A stretch of 64,000 nucleotides of DNA from an uncultured Candidatus Peribacteria bacterium. Lineage in GTDB: Bacteria; Patescibacteriota; Gracilibacteria; UBA1369. The stretch's first letter is position 1, and each line of letters opens with the position of its first letter. This document shows, piece by piece, positions 1 to 7,321 of this stretch. Made by a program: the position numbers and the translations under genes. The stretch is taken from the NCBI GenBank assembly GCA_964494085.1, contig CAZBQJ010000003.1, positions 3,502 to 67,501 of the forward strand. Direction: 5' to 3'. The notes under the pieces are model-generated. The model had not been told where the DNA came from and made no database searches. It saw only the letters and a list, made by a program, of their open reading frames with translations.

Positions 1-63
1 TTCCTGCTTTCCGGAGAAACCAAATATAATTTTTTCAAAAATAAAATCATCTATCGGGCCACC

Positions 64-555
64 ATGCTGGTCTCGGGCTATAAAGATGTTTCCAATATCT
101 GTCGTGATTTAGAAAATCTCAGTGGCGTAGAGGAAGTTCAACGACTTTTTTTGGTCAGGAAAGTTCTTTTCTTCCTGGGAAGTATCTTTACTTTCATTGT
201 CTGGGCTTTCCACCCCCTGGCTCTGTATCACTTGACCTATCTGTTTGAGGGGCCGGCAGACCTGAAGCGGTTACTGGCCAATATTGTTTTATTCGCCGGC
301 CTATTCATCCTTTTTGGCCTAATCTTTCTCCTGAAGCAATACACAGAAAACAGTTTCCCTGAATTGCGCGACACGAATCGCCTGTGGCAGGTTACCTATA
401 CCTTGAGTTGTTTTGCTTTGATGACTATTTTCCTGGAAATATACTTGATTAAACCGAGTATCGATTGGGTCTGGGTTCTGGGCAGCGTTGTGCTGATCTT
501 TGCCTACCTGACCGGCCAATATATTTACTACCGGGACAAGAATACCAAGGATTAA
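64..555 (+). CDS. hypothetical polytopic membrane protein
   Basis: 163-aa ORF with several roughly 20-aa hydrophobic stretches (LFFLGSIFTFIVWAF, IVLFAGLFILFGLIFLL, CFALMTIFLEIYLI, VLGSVVLIFAYL). No family recognised. Confidence 0.5.
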   Translation: MLVSGYKDVSNICRDLENLSGVEEVQRLFLVRKVLFFLGSIFTFIVWAFHPLALYHLTYLFEGPADLKRLLANIVLFAGLFILFGLIFLLKQYTENSFPELRDTNRLWQVTYTLSCFALMTIFLEIYLIKPSIDWVWVLGSVVLIFAYLTGQYIYYRDKNTKD

Positions 556-577
556 AGGATTAGTGAAAAAGTAAAAT

Positions 578-606
578 CTCCCTCGCTCGACGGGAGCCCT
601 TTTATT
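578..606. terminator. weak hairpin between convergent genes (ctccc-9nt-gggag, then cccttttatt)
   Basis: 5-bp GC stem at 578-582/592-596 followed by a T-rich tract, between the stop at 555 (+) and the ychF stop at 633 (-). Confidence 0.35.
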
Positions 607-632
607 CCCGAATTTGCTCGGAAGTTTCGCCC

Positions 633-1721
633 TTAGCTCCCATGTCGGAAATGCATGATATCGCCATCATGAACGACGTAATCCTTGCCTTCCAGTCGGA
701 GCAGGCCCTTTTCTTTGGCGGCTTGTTCAGAACCGGCAGTCACGAAATCTTCATAGGAAATAACTTCCGCTCTGATAAAAGTCCTCTCAAAATCAGTATG
801 AATTACTCCCGCTGCCTGTGGTGCAGTATCACCTTTATGGATGGTCCAGGCGCGCACTTCTTTCACACCGGCGGTAAAATAAGTCATCAAACCCAAAGTA
901 TCATAAGCCGCATGGATAAGTGCATTCAATCCACTTTCTTTAATTCCCAGATCATTCAAAAAGTCTGAGGCTTCTTCTTCAGTGAAATTAATCAACTCTT
1001 CTTCTATTCTGGCGCAAATCGGAATCACTTTGGCCGATTCTGGCAACCCCAAATCTTTGGCCACCTGTTCAGGAATAATTGTGCTCAAATCATTCTCCCC
1101 ACTATTCAGAATATATAGAAATGGCTTGGCTGTGAGTAGATGTAGATCTTTTAATTCAGCCAATTGTTCATCGCTGAAATCCAAATCCCTGGCCATTTTG
1201 CCGGTTTGAAGTCCGTTATCCAGTTTTTCAATCAAGGCCGCATATAATAATTTCTTCTTATCTCCCGATTTAGCATCATTTTTCGCCTTTCCCAAGCGCT
1301 TCTGTACTGTCTGTAAATCAGCCAAAATTAACTCGGTTTCAATTACTTCCAAATCTCTTTTGGCATCGACGCCACCATGTACATGAACCACATTGTCGTC
1401 TTTAAAAATACGCAACACTTGCCCAATAGCATCTACTTCTCGAATATGTGCCAAGAATTGATTCCCCAGGCCTTCACCTTCCGAGGCTCCCTTCACCAAA
1501 CCGGCAATGTCTACAAACTCCACTACGGCTGGCAAAACTCTTTCCGGCGTAACCAGCTCCTCCAATTTCTTCAAACGCGGATCAGGTACTTCTACCACAC
1601 CAACATTTGGATCAATTGTACAAAATGGATAATTCGCCGCCATCGCACTGCTCGATTTGGTCAAAGCATTGAAAAGAGTTGATTTGCCCACATTTGGTAG
1701 TCCCACAATTCCAATTTTCAT
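633..1721 (-). CDS. ychF: ribosome-binding ATPase YchF (Obg-like GTPase family)
   Basis: 362 aa. N-terminal P-loop MKIGIVGLPNVGKSTLFNALT, a DIAGLVKGAS switch region, and a C-terminal TGS-like end (RAWTI..GDTAPQAAGVIHTDFE). Confidence 0.95.
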   Translation of the reverse strand: MKIGIVGLPNVGKSTLFNALTKSSSAMAANYPFCTIDPNVGVVEVPDPRLKKLEELVTPERVLPAVVEFVDIAGLVKGASEGEGLGNQFLAHIREVDAIGQVLRIFKDDNVVHVHGGVDAKRDLEVIETELILADLQTVQKRLGKAKNDAKSGDKKKLLYAALIEKLDNGLQTGKMARDLDFSDEQLAELKDLHLLTAKPFLYILNSGENDLSTIIPEQVAKDLGLPESAKVIPICARIEEELINFTEEEASDFLNDLGIKESGLNALIHAAYDTLGLMTYFTAGVKEVRAWTIHKGDTAPQAAGVIHTDFERTFIRAEVISYEDFVTAGSEQAAKEKGLLRLEGKDYVVHDGDIMHFRHGS

Positions 1722-1761
1722 AATTCTAAAATTTAAGTTGCGACCAGCATAACAGAATTTC

Positions 1762-2766
1762 CTAAAATTTCACTGTTACATTTGCCGGACTGAGTTCAAT
1801 TATTTTTAATTCCAGATTAGCTGGTTTAACCAGGTCATCCACTTTGATTTGATAATTACCTTTCACTATATCTTTACTATGAATAACCAGTGACAGGGAG
1901 CCTTTATCAATCTTTTCAATGTCCGCTGGCAGGCCTTCTACAGTTACCAATATATTGGCTGGCAGCAATTCTTTAACAGCAGACTTCAGCGAGTCTTCAG
2001 GCACGACTTTCACCATCAGCGTTTTTCTCTGACTGCCCGCCTCCATTGGAATAGTTTCGCTATTTCCTACCGTCACCCCATTATTCGTCAAATCAGGTAT
2101 GTCGGGGGTGTCTTTGGGGACTTTTCTAACCTGAATCTCCACTTGGACTGTTGGAGGATCAAAGCTAACAGTTTTACCTGCCAATTTCCATTCAGCCGGG
2201 GCCTCCAAAGTTATCTTACGGCTGAAATCAGCATTTTCGGACCCGTCTAAACTGATTTTCAGTCCGATTTCCTTGATATTGGTTATGGCACTGGACGCTC
2301 CACTCAATTTTACTTTCTCCAAGTCCATTTTCACTTCTTTTACTTCAAAACCCTTGGCCGGTTGGCCGGAGACCGCAGTCTTCAGACTGATATCTTTACT
2401 GGTAATCGCTTCCAGTCGTAAAGCCACCAAAGGTGGTTCCACATCCACAATGTTTATCTTTGAATCTTTACTGTTGTAATGAACAGGTAATTGATATTCA
2501 CCTTCACCTAAGCCTTTGGCATCGATATACAGGTCAAAATCATTAACATTCAATGTATTGATAGCTCCATCAGTTGATTTGTAGCGGAGCTGGGCCGGAC
2601 TGATTTCATTGGCTACACTGACGTTCTGTCCCAAATTCACGACCTTGATCGCTAAAGGCTGAGGGAAAAGATAAACATAATTTTCCACACCTACCACAAA
2701 AAACCACAATACCAATGCTGAGATCAATGACAAGGCCTTAATACTCATATTTCTAAAAATCTTCAT
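1762..2766 (-). CDS. cdaR: YbbR-domain protein, probable CdaA regulator CdaR
   Basis: N-terminal membrane anchor (ALSLISALVLWFFVV) followed by repeated beta-rich modules. Its start overlaps the cdaA stop by 4 nt (2763-2766), the canonical cdaA-cdaR arrangement. Confidence 0.8.
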   Translation of the reverse strand: MKIFRNMSIKALSLISALVLWFFVVGVENYVYLFPQPLAIKVVNLGQNVSVANEISPAQLRYKSTDGAINTLNVNDFDLYIDAKGLGEGEYQLPVHYNSKDSKINIVDVEPPLVALRLEAITSKDISLKTAVSGQPAKGFEVKEVKMDLEKVKLSGASSAITNIKEIGLKISLDGSENADFSRKITLEAPAEWKLAGKTVSFDPPTVQVEIQVRKVPKDTPDIPDLTNNGVTVGNSETIPMEAGSQRKTLMVKVVPEDSLKSAVKELLPANILVTVEGLPADIEKIDKGSLSLVIHSKDIVKGNYQIKVDDLVKPANLELKIIELSPANVTVKF

Positions 2767-3632
2767 TGCTGTTCACGGTAAACAAGTTTTTTGTCCTTCT
2801 TCTTTTTGGTTTTGGGTGAAAGGACAATTTTTAATAATTGTTGCAGTCTGGCCAAATCAATATTTTTTTCCAATCGGCCATTTTTGACAAAGCTGATTGC
2901 CCCCCGTTCTTCGGAAACAACTACTACACTGGCATCAGTATGATCTGTCAGGCCAATGGCAGCCTTATGTCGAGTCCCCAAGTTCTTGTCTTTGTTATCG
3001 AAGCTGGTCGGCAGAATACAGGCAGCTGCCGCAACTCTTCCATCCACAATGATTACTGCTCCGTCATGCAGGGGGCCTTTGCCATGGAAAATTGAAATCA
3101 GTAATTCTTTGTTCACTACGGAATCAATTTTTACGCCATTCTCAATATATTCCTTGAGGGGAATGTCATGTTGGAAAACAATCAAGCCACCCTCTTTGTT
3201 TTTCACTAAAAACTCACAGCTTTCTACAATAGCCGAAGCCAAATTATCCAAAGCCACTTCCTTTTCACTGGATAAAAATTTGGTATTACCAAGTCTTTCC
3301 AAAGCCATTCTTAATTCTTGTTGGAAGATAATCGGAATTGAAACCAATAAAACAGTAAAGAACCTGTCCAAAATCCAGCCGACAGTTAAGAGGTTTAGAG
3401 TTTTGCTGAACAGGAAAACCAAACTGATCATGATTAAACCCAGCAATATGCTGACGGCCCGAGAGCCTCTGAGCAAAGAGAAAATATAATAAAGAATAGC
3501 CGCAACAATCACGACATCCAGAACAGCTTGCCATGGGGCGACATTGGCGTAAACCAGATTTCGCCAAAATTCCCCAGTCAGATTAACGATTTGGGTAATC
3601 TCAGCGGCGATGATGTTACTCAGAAACTCCAT
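2763..3632 (-). CDS. cdaA: diadenylate cyclase CdaA (DisA_N / DAC domain, membrane anchored)
   Basis: Three N-terminal TM helices, then DAC motifs: GGLIVFQ, HDGAVII, GTRHKAAIGLTDHTDASVVVVSEERGAIS. Confidence 0.9.
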   Translation of the reverse strand: MEFLSNIIAAEITQIVNLTGEFWRNLVYANVAPWQAVLDVVIVAAILYYIFSLLRGSRAVSILLGLIMISLVFLFSKTLNLLTVGWILDRFFTVLLVSIPIIFQQELRMALERLGNTKFLSSEKEVALDNLASAIVESCEFLVKNKEGGLIVFQHDIPLKEYIENGVKIDSVVNKELLISIFHGKGPLHDGAVIIVDGRVAAAACILPTSFDNKDKNLGTRHKAAIGLTDHTDASVVVVSEERGAISFVKNGRLEKNIDLARLQQLLKIVLSPKTKKKKDKKLVYREQQ

Positions 3633-3683
3633 TCTAAAGCGCTATTTTATCCCCATTCTAGGGGAATATCCGGAATTTGCCAA

Positions 3684-3720
3684 ATAAAAAGACCGGCCAC
3701 TCAAGCTGGCCGGTCTTTTC
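3684..3720 (-). terminator. rho-independent terminator downstream of the 3760..4926 gene (flanks allow bidirectional use)
   Basis: Perfect 9-bp stem gaccggcca (3691-3699) / tggccggtc (3707-3715) with a 7-nt loop. An A-run lies at 3684-3690 (the T-run on the minus strand) and a T-run at 3716-3719. Confidence 0.75.
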
Positions 3721-3759
3721 TAATTATGAATCTAGCAACAAGTTGCCAGACAGTCGGAA

Positions 3760-4926
3760 CTATTTTTGGAAAACCTTGGCTAATTTCTTTCTATTTAACC
3801 AAATAATGCCAATCAGCATCAGCATATACAGATCTTCGGCCGGACCGGTCTTACTCAATTTGGAAGGGGTTGTAACATCTGTCGGAGCTGCTTCATGTAA
3901 AGCCTGATCGGCTGCAGTCACAGCTGCCAGGGTTGCCAATTCTGCGGCAGTCCTATCCACTGTTGGCGGAACATCACTGGTCACTGTTGTTTCCGGTGTG
4001 AACGCGCTACTTAAAATTGAATCTATGTCAGCCACTGTTGTTGTTGCATTTTCAGTAGCAGAATTATCTGAGCCAGTACTTGTCGCTACAGCTTCTGTAG
4101 AAGTGGAATCACTTGTTACATTGTCTCCTGCGCCTACTTTGATAGTCGCTTTCAGGGCTGGATTGTAGGTTGAATAATATTCAAAATCAGCATCCTGATC
4201 AAATTTATAACTAAATGTTTGGCCGCTGGTCAGAACCGGACTGGCAAAACTTTCACCATTCGAGGAGGTTCCGATAATTGTTTGGTCTTCAGTGCTGGTA
4301 TTGGTCCAGACTACCGTGGTTCCCTTATCGACAGTCAAGGTGGCAGGGTCAAATCCAAACAAAGAGACATCAACGCTGGTGCTTTGTCCGGTTGGCTGAT
4401 CAGTTGCAGTTGAATCAGCGCCACTATCTGCCACAGTATTCGATGCCAGGTCAGCATCTGTAGAAGTTATACCCGATATTGTGCTGTTCGAATCCAAAAA
4501 ATCGGTTTTTAATTGAATCGGCTCTTGCACCCAATAAGCAGCATAACCAGCTATACCGACAATCACTAAAGTAGCCAGTATCTTTATCTTGGTTCCGGAA
4601 GAAACTTTCTCATCCTCGTGAATCTCTTCAGCTGAAGCAGGATCTTCTTGAGCCATATTGTGAGGTATGTCCATTTCTGTGACCGGCTCTCCATCCGACT
4701 GTGCTTCAACCCCAGCCGCAGGCGTTGTTTCAAACCCAACCGCAGGCGTTGTTTCAAACATCGTCATTTGGCCCGGATCAATCGGTGTTGAAGTATTCAG
4801 ATGAAAGACGCTGTTCTCGTCGCCATTGGTATGAGCATCGTTATTGGTATTAGCGTCGTTGTTTGTAATATTATTAGTATCTGTCATATTTGTTTTTATT
4901 TTGAATAAATCTTCACATTGTAGCAC
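3760..4926 (-). CDS. surface protein with a cupredoxin-like domain lacking copper ligands, an internal membrane anchor and a C-terminal LPXTG-like sorting signal
   Basis: Asn/Thr-rich N-terminus and one TM (ILATLVIVGIAGYAAYWV). Cupredoxin-like segment FDPATLTVDKGTTVVWTN...FEYYSTYNPALKATIKVG. C-terminus LSKTG, then a hydrophobic stretch, then NRKKLAKVFQK. The true start may be the second Met (MTDTNN). Confidence 0.6.
   Translation of the reverse strand: MLQCEDLFKIKTNMTDTNNITNNDANTNNDAHTNGDENSVFHLNTSTPIDPGQMTMFETTPAVGFETTPAAGVEAQSDGEPVTEMDIPHNMAQEDPASAEEIHEDEKVSSGTKIKILATLVIVGIAGYAAYWVQEPIQLKTDFLDSNSTISGITSTDADLASNTVADSGADSTATDQPTGQSTSVDVSLFGFDPATLTVDKGTTVVWTNTSTEDQTIIGTSSNGESFASPVLTSGQTFSYKFDQDADFEYYSTYNPALKATIKVGAGDNVTSDSTSTEAVATSTGSDNSATENATTTVADIDSILSSAFTPETTVTSDVPPTVDRTAAELATLAAVTAADQALHEAAPTDVTTPSKLSKTGPAEDLYMLMLIGIIWLNRKKLAKVFQK
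4712..4759. repeat. 24-nt in-frame tandem duplication inside the 3760..4926 CDS
   Basis: ccgcaggcgttgtttcaaac occurs at 4716-4735 and 4740-4759. On the minus strand it encodes FETTPAVG / FETTPAAG. Confidence 0.85.
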
Positions 4927-5822
4927 AAAAACACCCTTTTTTTAACTCTGAGGGGCCGTTCCACATATAAAAAGCCTATACATGTCGTCCACATATAGTC
5001 TAATTACAAAAATCCCTGGATATAACATACTAAACACTAGAGTGACCAATTCCAATGGCAACAAATCATGGAGTTACGCATCTTTCAGCTGACAAATTAT
5101 CACAGAGTGAGAACAGGTTAACCGAAAATACTTTAGTAAATTTTATACCCAGAGAAGAGGTTGCTTTTGAAATAAGCCGACAAGAGTTGCCTTGAGGACT
5201 GCGTGCCAAAAGTTAGGCAAAATGCGCAATCCAAAGGCAACCTTCTCCCTGCGTGTAAATTGGTTTTTGTTTTAAGGTTCAAGACTCCCTAAACCAGTTA
5301 AAGCCCCACGAGAGTAGAAAACACCTCGGAAACCGAAAAGGATCCAAGATCAGAAACTTATCATTGAACATTGCTGCTCGATAACAGTAATTCCCATTAA
5401 ATTTTCTTTCTCACATTTTGTCTTGCGACAAAAATACAAGATAAAAGACCTAAAAGCTTTCTCCGAAACTCCTATATTCGGCCTATGGATAACCACCGAA
5501 CTGAATATTCCAGTACTCCGGGAACCTGGTAGACTCACGGAAGCAAATTTCAGGTAACTTTAACTGATTTAAGGAGAGAGTTTGGCTTCAGTATCAAATA
5601 AGAAAAATAAAATAATGATTATTAGTTGTCTTAAATAGTATTGAAACCAAGCTTCCTCCCTAAATCTCTAACCTCTATTTCAAAAATCATCATAACATAA
5701 TATACTATAAAATCTACCCTGTCAAGTATCTGCATAGAGTTTTTACAAATTGGTTTGAATTATCCAATACTTTCCGTTAAATTTAACGCGCTTTCTTTGT
5801 ACAAAGGATAAGCAGTACCCTC

Positions 5823-5897
5823 GCCGGGGTAGCTCAGTGGTAGAGCGCAGGTCTGAAGAACCTGGCGTCAGCAGTTCGATTCTGCTCCTCGGCACCA
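5823..5897 (+). tRNA. tRNA-Phe (GAA), CCA encoded
   Basis: Hand-folded cloverleaf. Acceptor GCCGGGG/CCTCGGC, D arm GCTC-AGTGGTA-GAGC, anticodon arm CAGGT-CTGAAGA-ACCTG, T arm AGCAG-TTCGATT-CTGCT, discriminator A, then CCA. Confidence 0.95.
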
Positions 5898-5918
5898 TTT
5901 TCCCCAAAATTTCATCAG

Positions 5919-6056
5919 ATGATAAAATTTCACTATAAAAAAATCATCGTCCTCACCTTATCATTAAGCCTATTGATTTTGGTCGGTTGCCAGCAGGCCA
6001 GTACTAATATTGCTGATTATACAGAGAAACCGGTCACTCCATCCACTGATAAATAG
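5919..6056 (+). CDS. small predicted lipoprotein (45 aa, below the ORF-track cutoff)
   Basis: Hand translation MIKFHYKKIIVLTLSLSLLILVGCQQASTNIADYTEKPVTPSTDK. Basic N-terminus, hydrophobic core and lipobox LVGC. Confidence 0.45.
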   Translation: MIKFHYKKIIVLTLSLSLLILVGCQQASTNIADYTEKPVTPSTDK

Positions 6057-6082
6057 GAAGCTGAGCAAGGTCCATTCTGAGG

Positions 6083-6111
6083 TTGACAGATTGCGCGTCC
6101 CGCATCATAAT
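6083..6111 (+). promoter_or_regulatory. sigma70-like promoter, TTGACA-17nt-CATAAT
   Basis: TTGACA at 6083-6088 and CATAAT at 6106-6111. The -10 lies in the loop of a 6-bp GC inverted repeat, tcccgc (6098-6103) / gcggga (6115-6120). About 95 nt upstream of the 6206 ORF. Confidence 0.5.
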
Positions 6112-6205
6112 ATGGCGGGATCTTTGATCTGAAATGAAGACACTGGGATTTGATTTCTAGCTTCGTTTCAATTCAGGAAACCTTTTCTCTGGACTAGAGG
6201 TTTTT

Positions 6206-6418
6206 ATGAGTAGGGCAATGGATATGGTGGTGAAAGAACTTGAAAGACGCGGCCATAGTGTCGTTGTCAATGCTGAGGGATTCACCTATGTCAATGGGCA
6301 AAGGATCTCCGAAAGCAAATACGGGACCATCACCATCGGAGATCGGATCATAGGCGAAGGCCGAGGGGCCTGCTCAGTGAAGCGGTGGAGTGAGATCCAC
6401 CACCATCACGCCGAATAG
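6206..6418 (+). CDS. orphan 70-aa protein ending IHHHHAE
   Basis: ORF with AGAGG 5 nt upstream of the ATG and the promoter at 6083. Looks G+C-richer than the flanks by eye. No family recognised. Confidence 0.4.
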   Translation: MSRAMDMVVKELERRGHSVVVNAEGFTYVNGQRISESKYGTITIGDRIIGEGRGACSVKRWSEIHHHHAE

Positions 6419-6493
6419 CCATTTCATCGATTAACTCAGACTGATTCGTCAATCAGTTCCACCAAAACAGGGAGAAAAAATATTCGCTGGCAT

Positions 6494-7210
6494 ATGACGG
6501 GCTGGCGAATTTCCAAAGAGATTGTTTATCAATTCTTGACTCAGTCTAGGGTTCCCTTTATGATTGCACACACTAATATTTCCGCCATGCGCATCACTAT
6601 TTTTGATACCGAAACCACTCATTTACCAATTAGAGGGGGAAAATTATCAGACCAGCCGAGCATCATCCAATTTGCCTCTCAGACTTTTCAATTTGATCCA
6701 TTGACCAGCCGCTTTTTCGAAATCAGCCGTTACAATCAACTGATCAAACCTGCTTGCCCGATTTCTGCCGATAGCCTACGCATTACCGGTATCACAGAAA
6801 AAATGGTTTCCACTCAACCGGACTTTGCCCAGGTAGTCGATCAAATCCTGGCTATTTTCCGCAATACCGATTTGGCTGTTGCTCACAACATCAGCTTTGA
6901 TCAGGAAGTACTGGAATTTGAAATGGAAAGGTTGGGCCTGTCTAAAAACTTCCTTCCGATCAATACTTTTGATTCTATGGAGGGAACCAGAGATCTCTGC
7001 AAACTGCCCGGGAAAAGCGGCTATAAAGCCCCCCGTTTAATGGAGTTGCACCAATTTTTACTCAATGAAAGTTTCCCGGAGGCTCATAATGCTGAAAAGG
7101 ATGTCGAGGCTTTGGCTCGTTGCCTCAAAGTTTTACTGCAAAATGGTTTGTATAAACCGGTAATCCAATCCGGTAGCGATGCCGTCGCTGAACAAGGGTC
7201 ACTTTTCTAA
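6494..7210 (+). CDS. DnaQ-like DEDDh 3'-5' exonuclease (DNA polymerase III epsilon family)
   Basis: Exo I IFDTETTHL, Exo II VAHNISFDQEVL, Exo III HNAEKDVEAL. The true start may be the internal Met at 6587 (MRITIFDTETT). Confidence 0.85.
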   Translation: MTGWRISKEIVYQFLTQSRVPFMIAHTNISAMRITIFDTETTHLPIRGGKLSDQPSIIQFASQTFQFDPLTSRFFEISRYNQLIKPACPISADSLRITGITEKMVSTQPDFAQVVDQILAIFRNTDLAVAHNISFDQEVLEFEMERLGLSKNFLPINTFDSMEGTRDLCKLPGKSGYKAPRLMELHQFLLNESFPEAHNAEKDVEALARCLKVLLQNGLYKPVIQSGSDAVAEQGSLF

Positions 7211-7321
7211 ACTTCTTTGCTGATATTTAATTAGAATATTTTCTCAATTCTACACAACTCATTTTTGTAATGGAGCTTCCTGGACAGGTTATAGTTACCG
7301 TAAAACCTAACCAAATCCCGC

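Noticed and set aside
642-1682. Track ORFs antisense to ychF (642..968, 982..1209, 1377..1682). Similar antisense or out-of-frame ORFs lie inside other well-supported genes (e.g. 2956..3489, 8180..8938, 20432..20839, 27859..28341, 58056..58526, 60535..60999).
   Set aside because: They lie entirely within genes that carry strong family motifs on the other strand or frame. Their composition is odd and they show no motifs or start context. I treat them as shadow ORFs.
5350-5538. 62-aa minus-strand ORF inside the 0.9-kb gap.
   Set aside because: No ribosome-binding site, odd composition (Cys/Ser/Ile-rich) and no motif. It is the only ORF of 60 aa or more in about 900 nt, which is consistent with chance.
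5140-5580. Possibility that the gap core is RNase P RNA, tmRNA or SRP RNA.
   Set aside because: Both strands were read for the RNase P P4 signatures (GAGGAAAGUCC and ACAGAAnCCGGCUUA). They were also read for the tmRNA ends (GGGG...UUCGAC and a tRNA-like 3' end with CCA) and the SRP CC-GGAA-GG-AGCA loop. Only loose partial resemblances were found (e.g. cagaaacttatc, gtactccgggaacctggtag), and these were in the wrong order. A covariance-model search is still needed.
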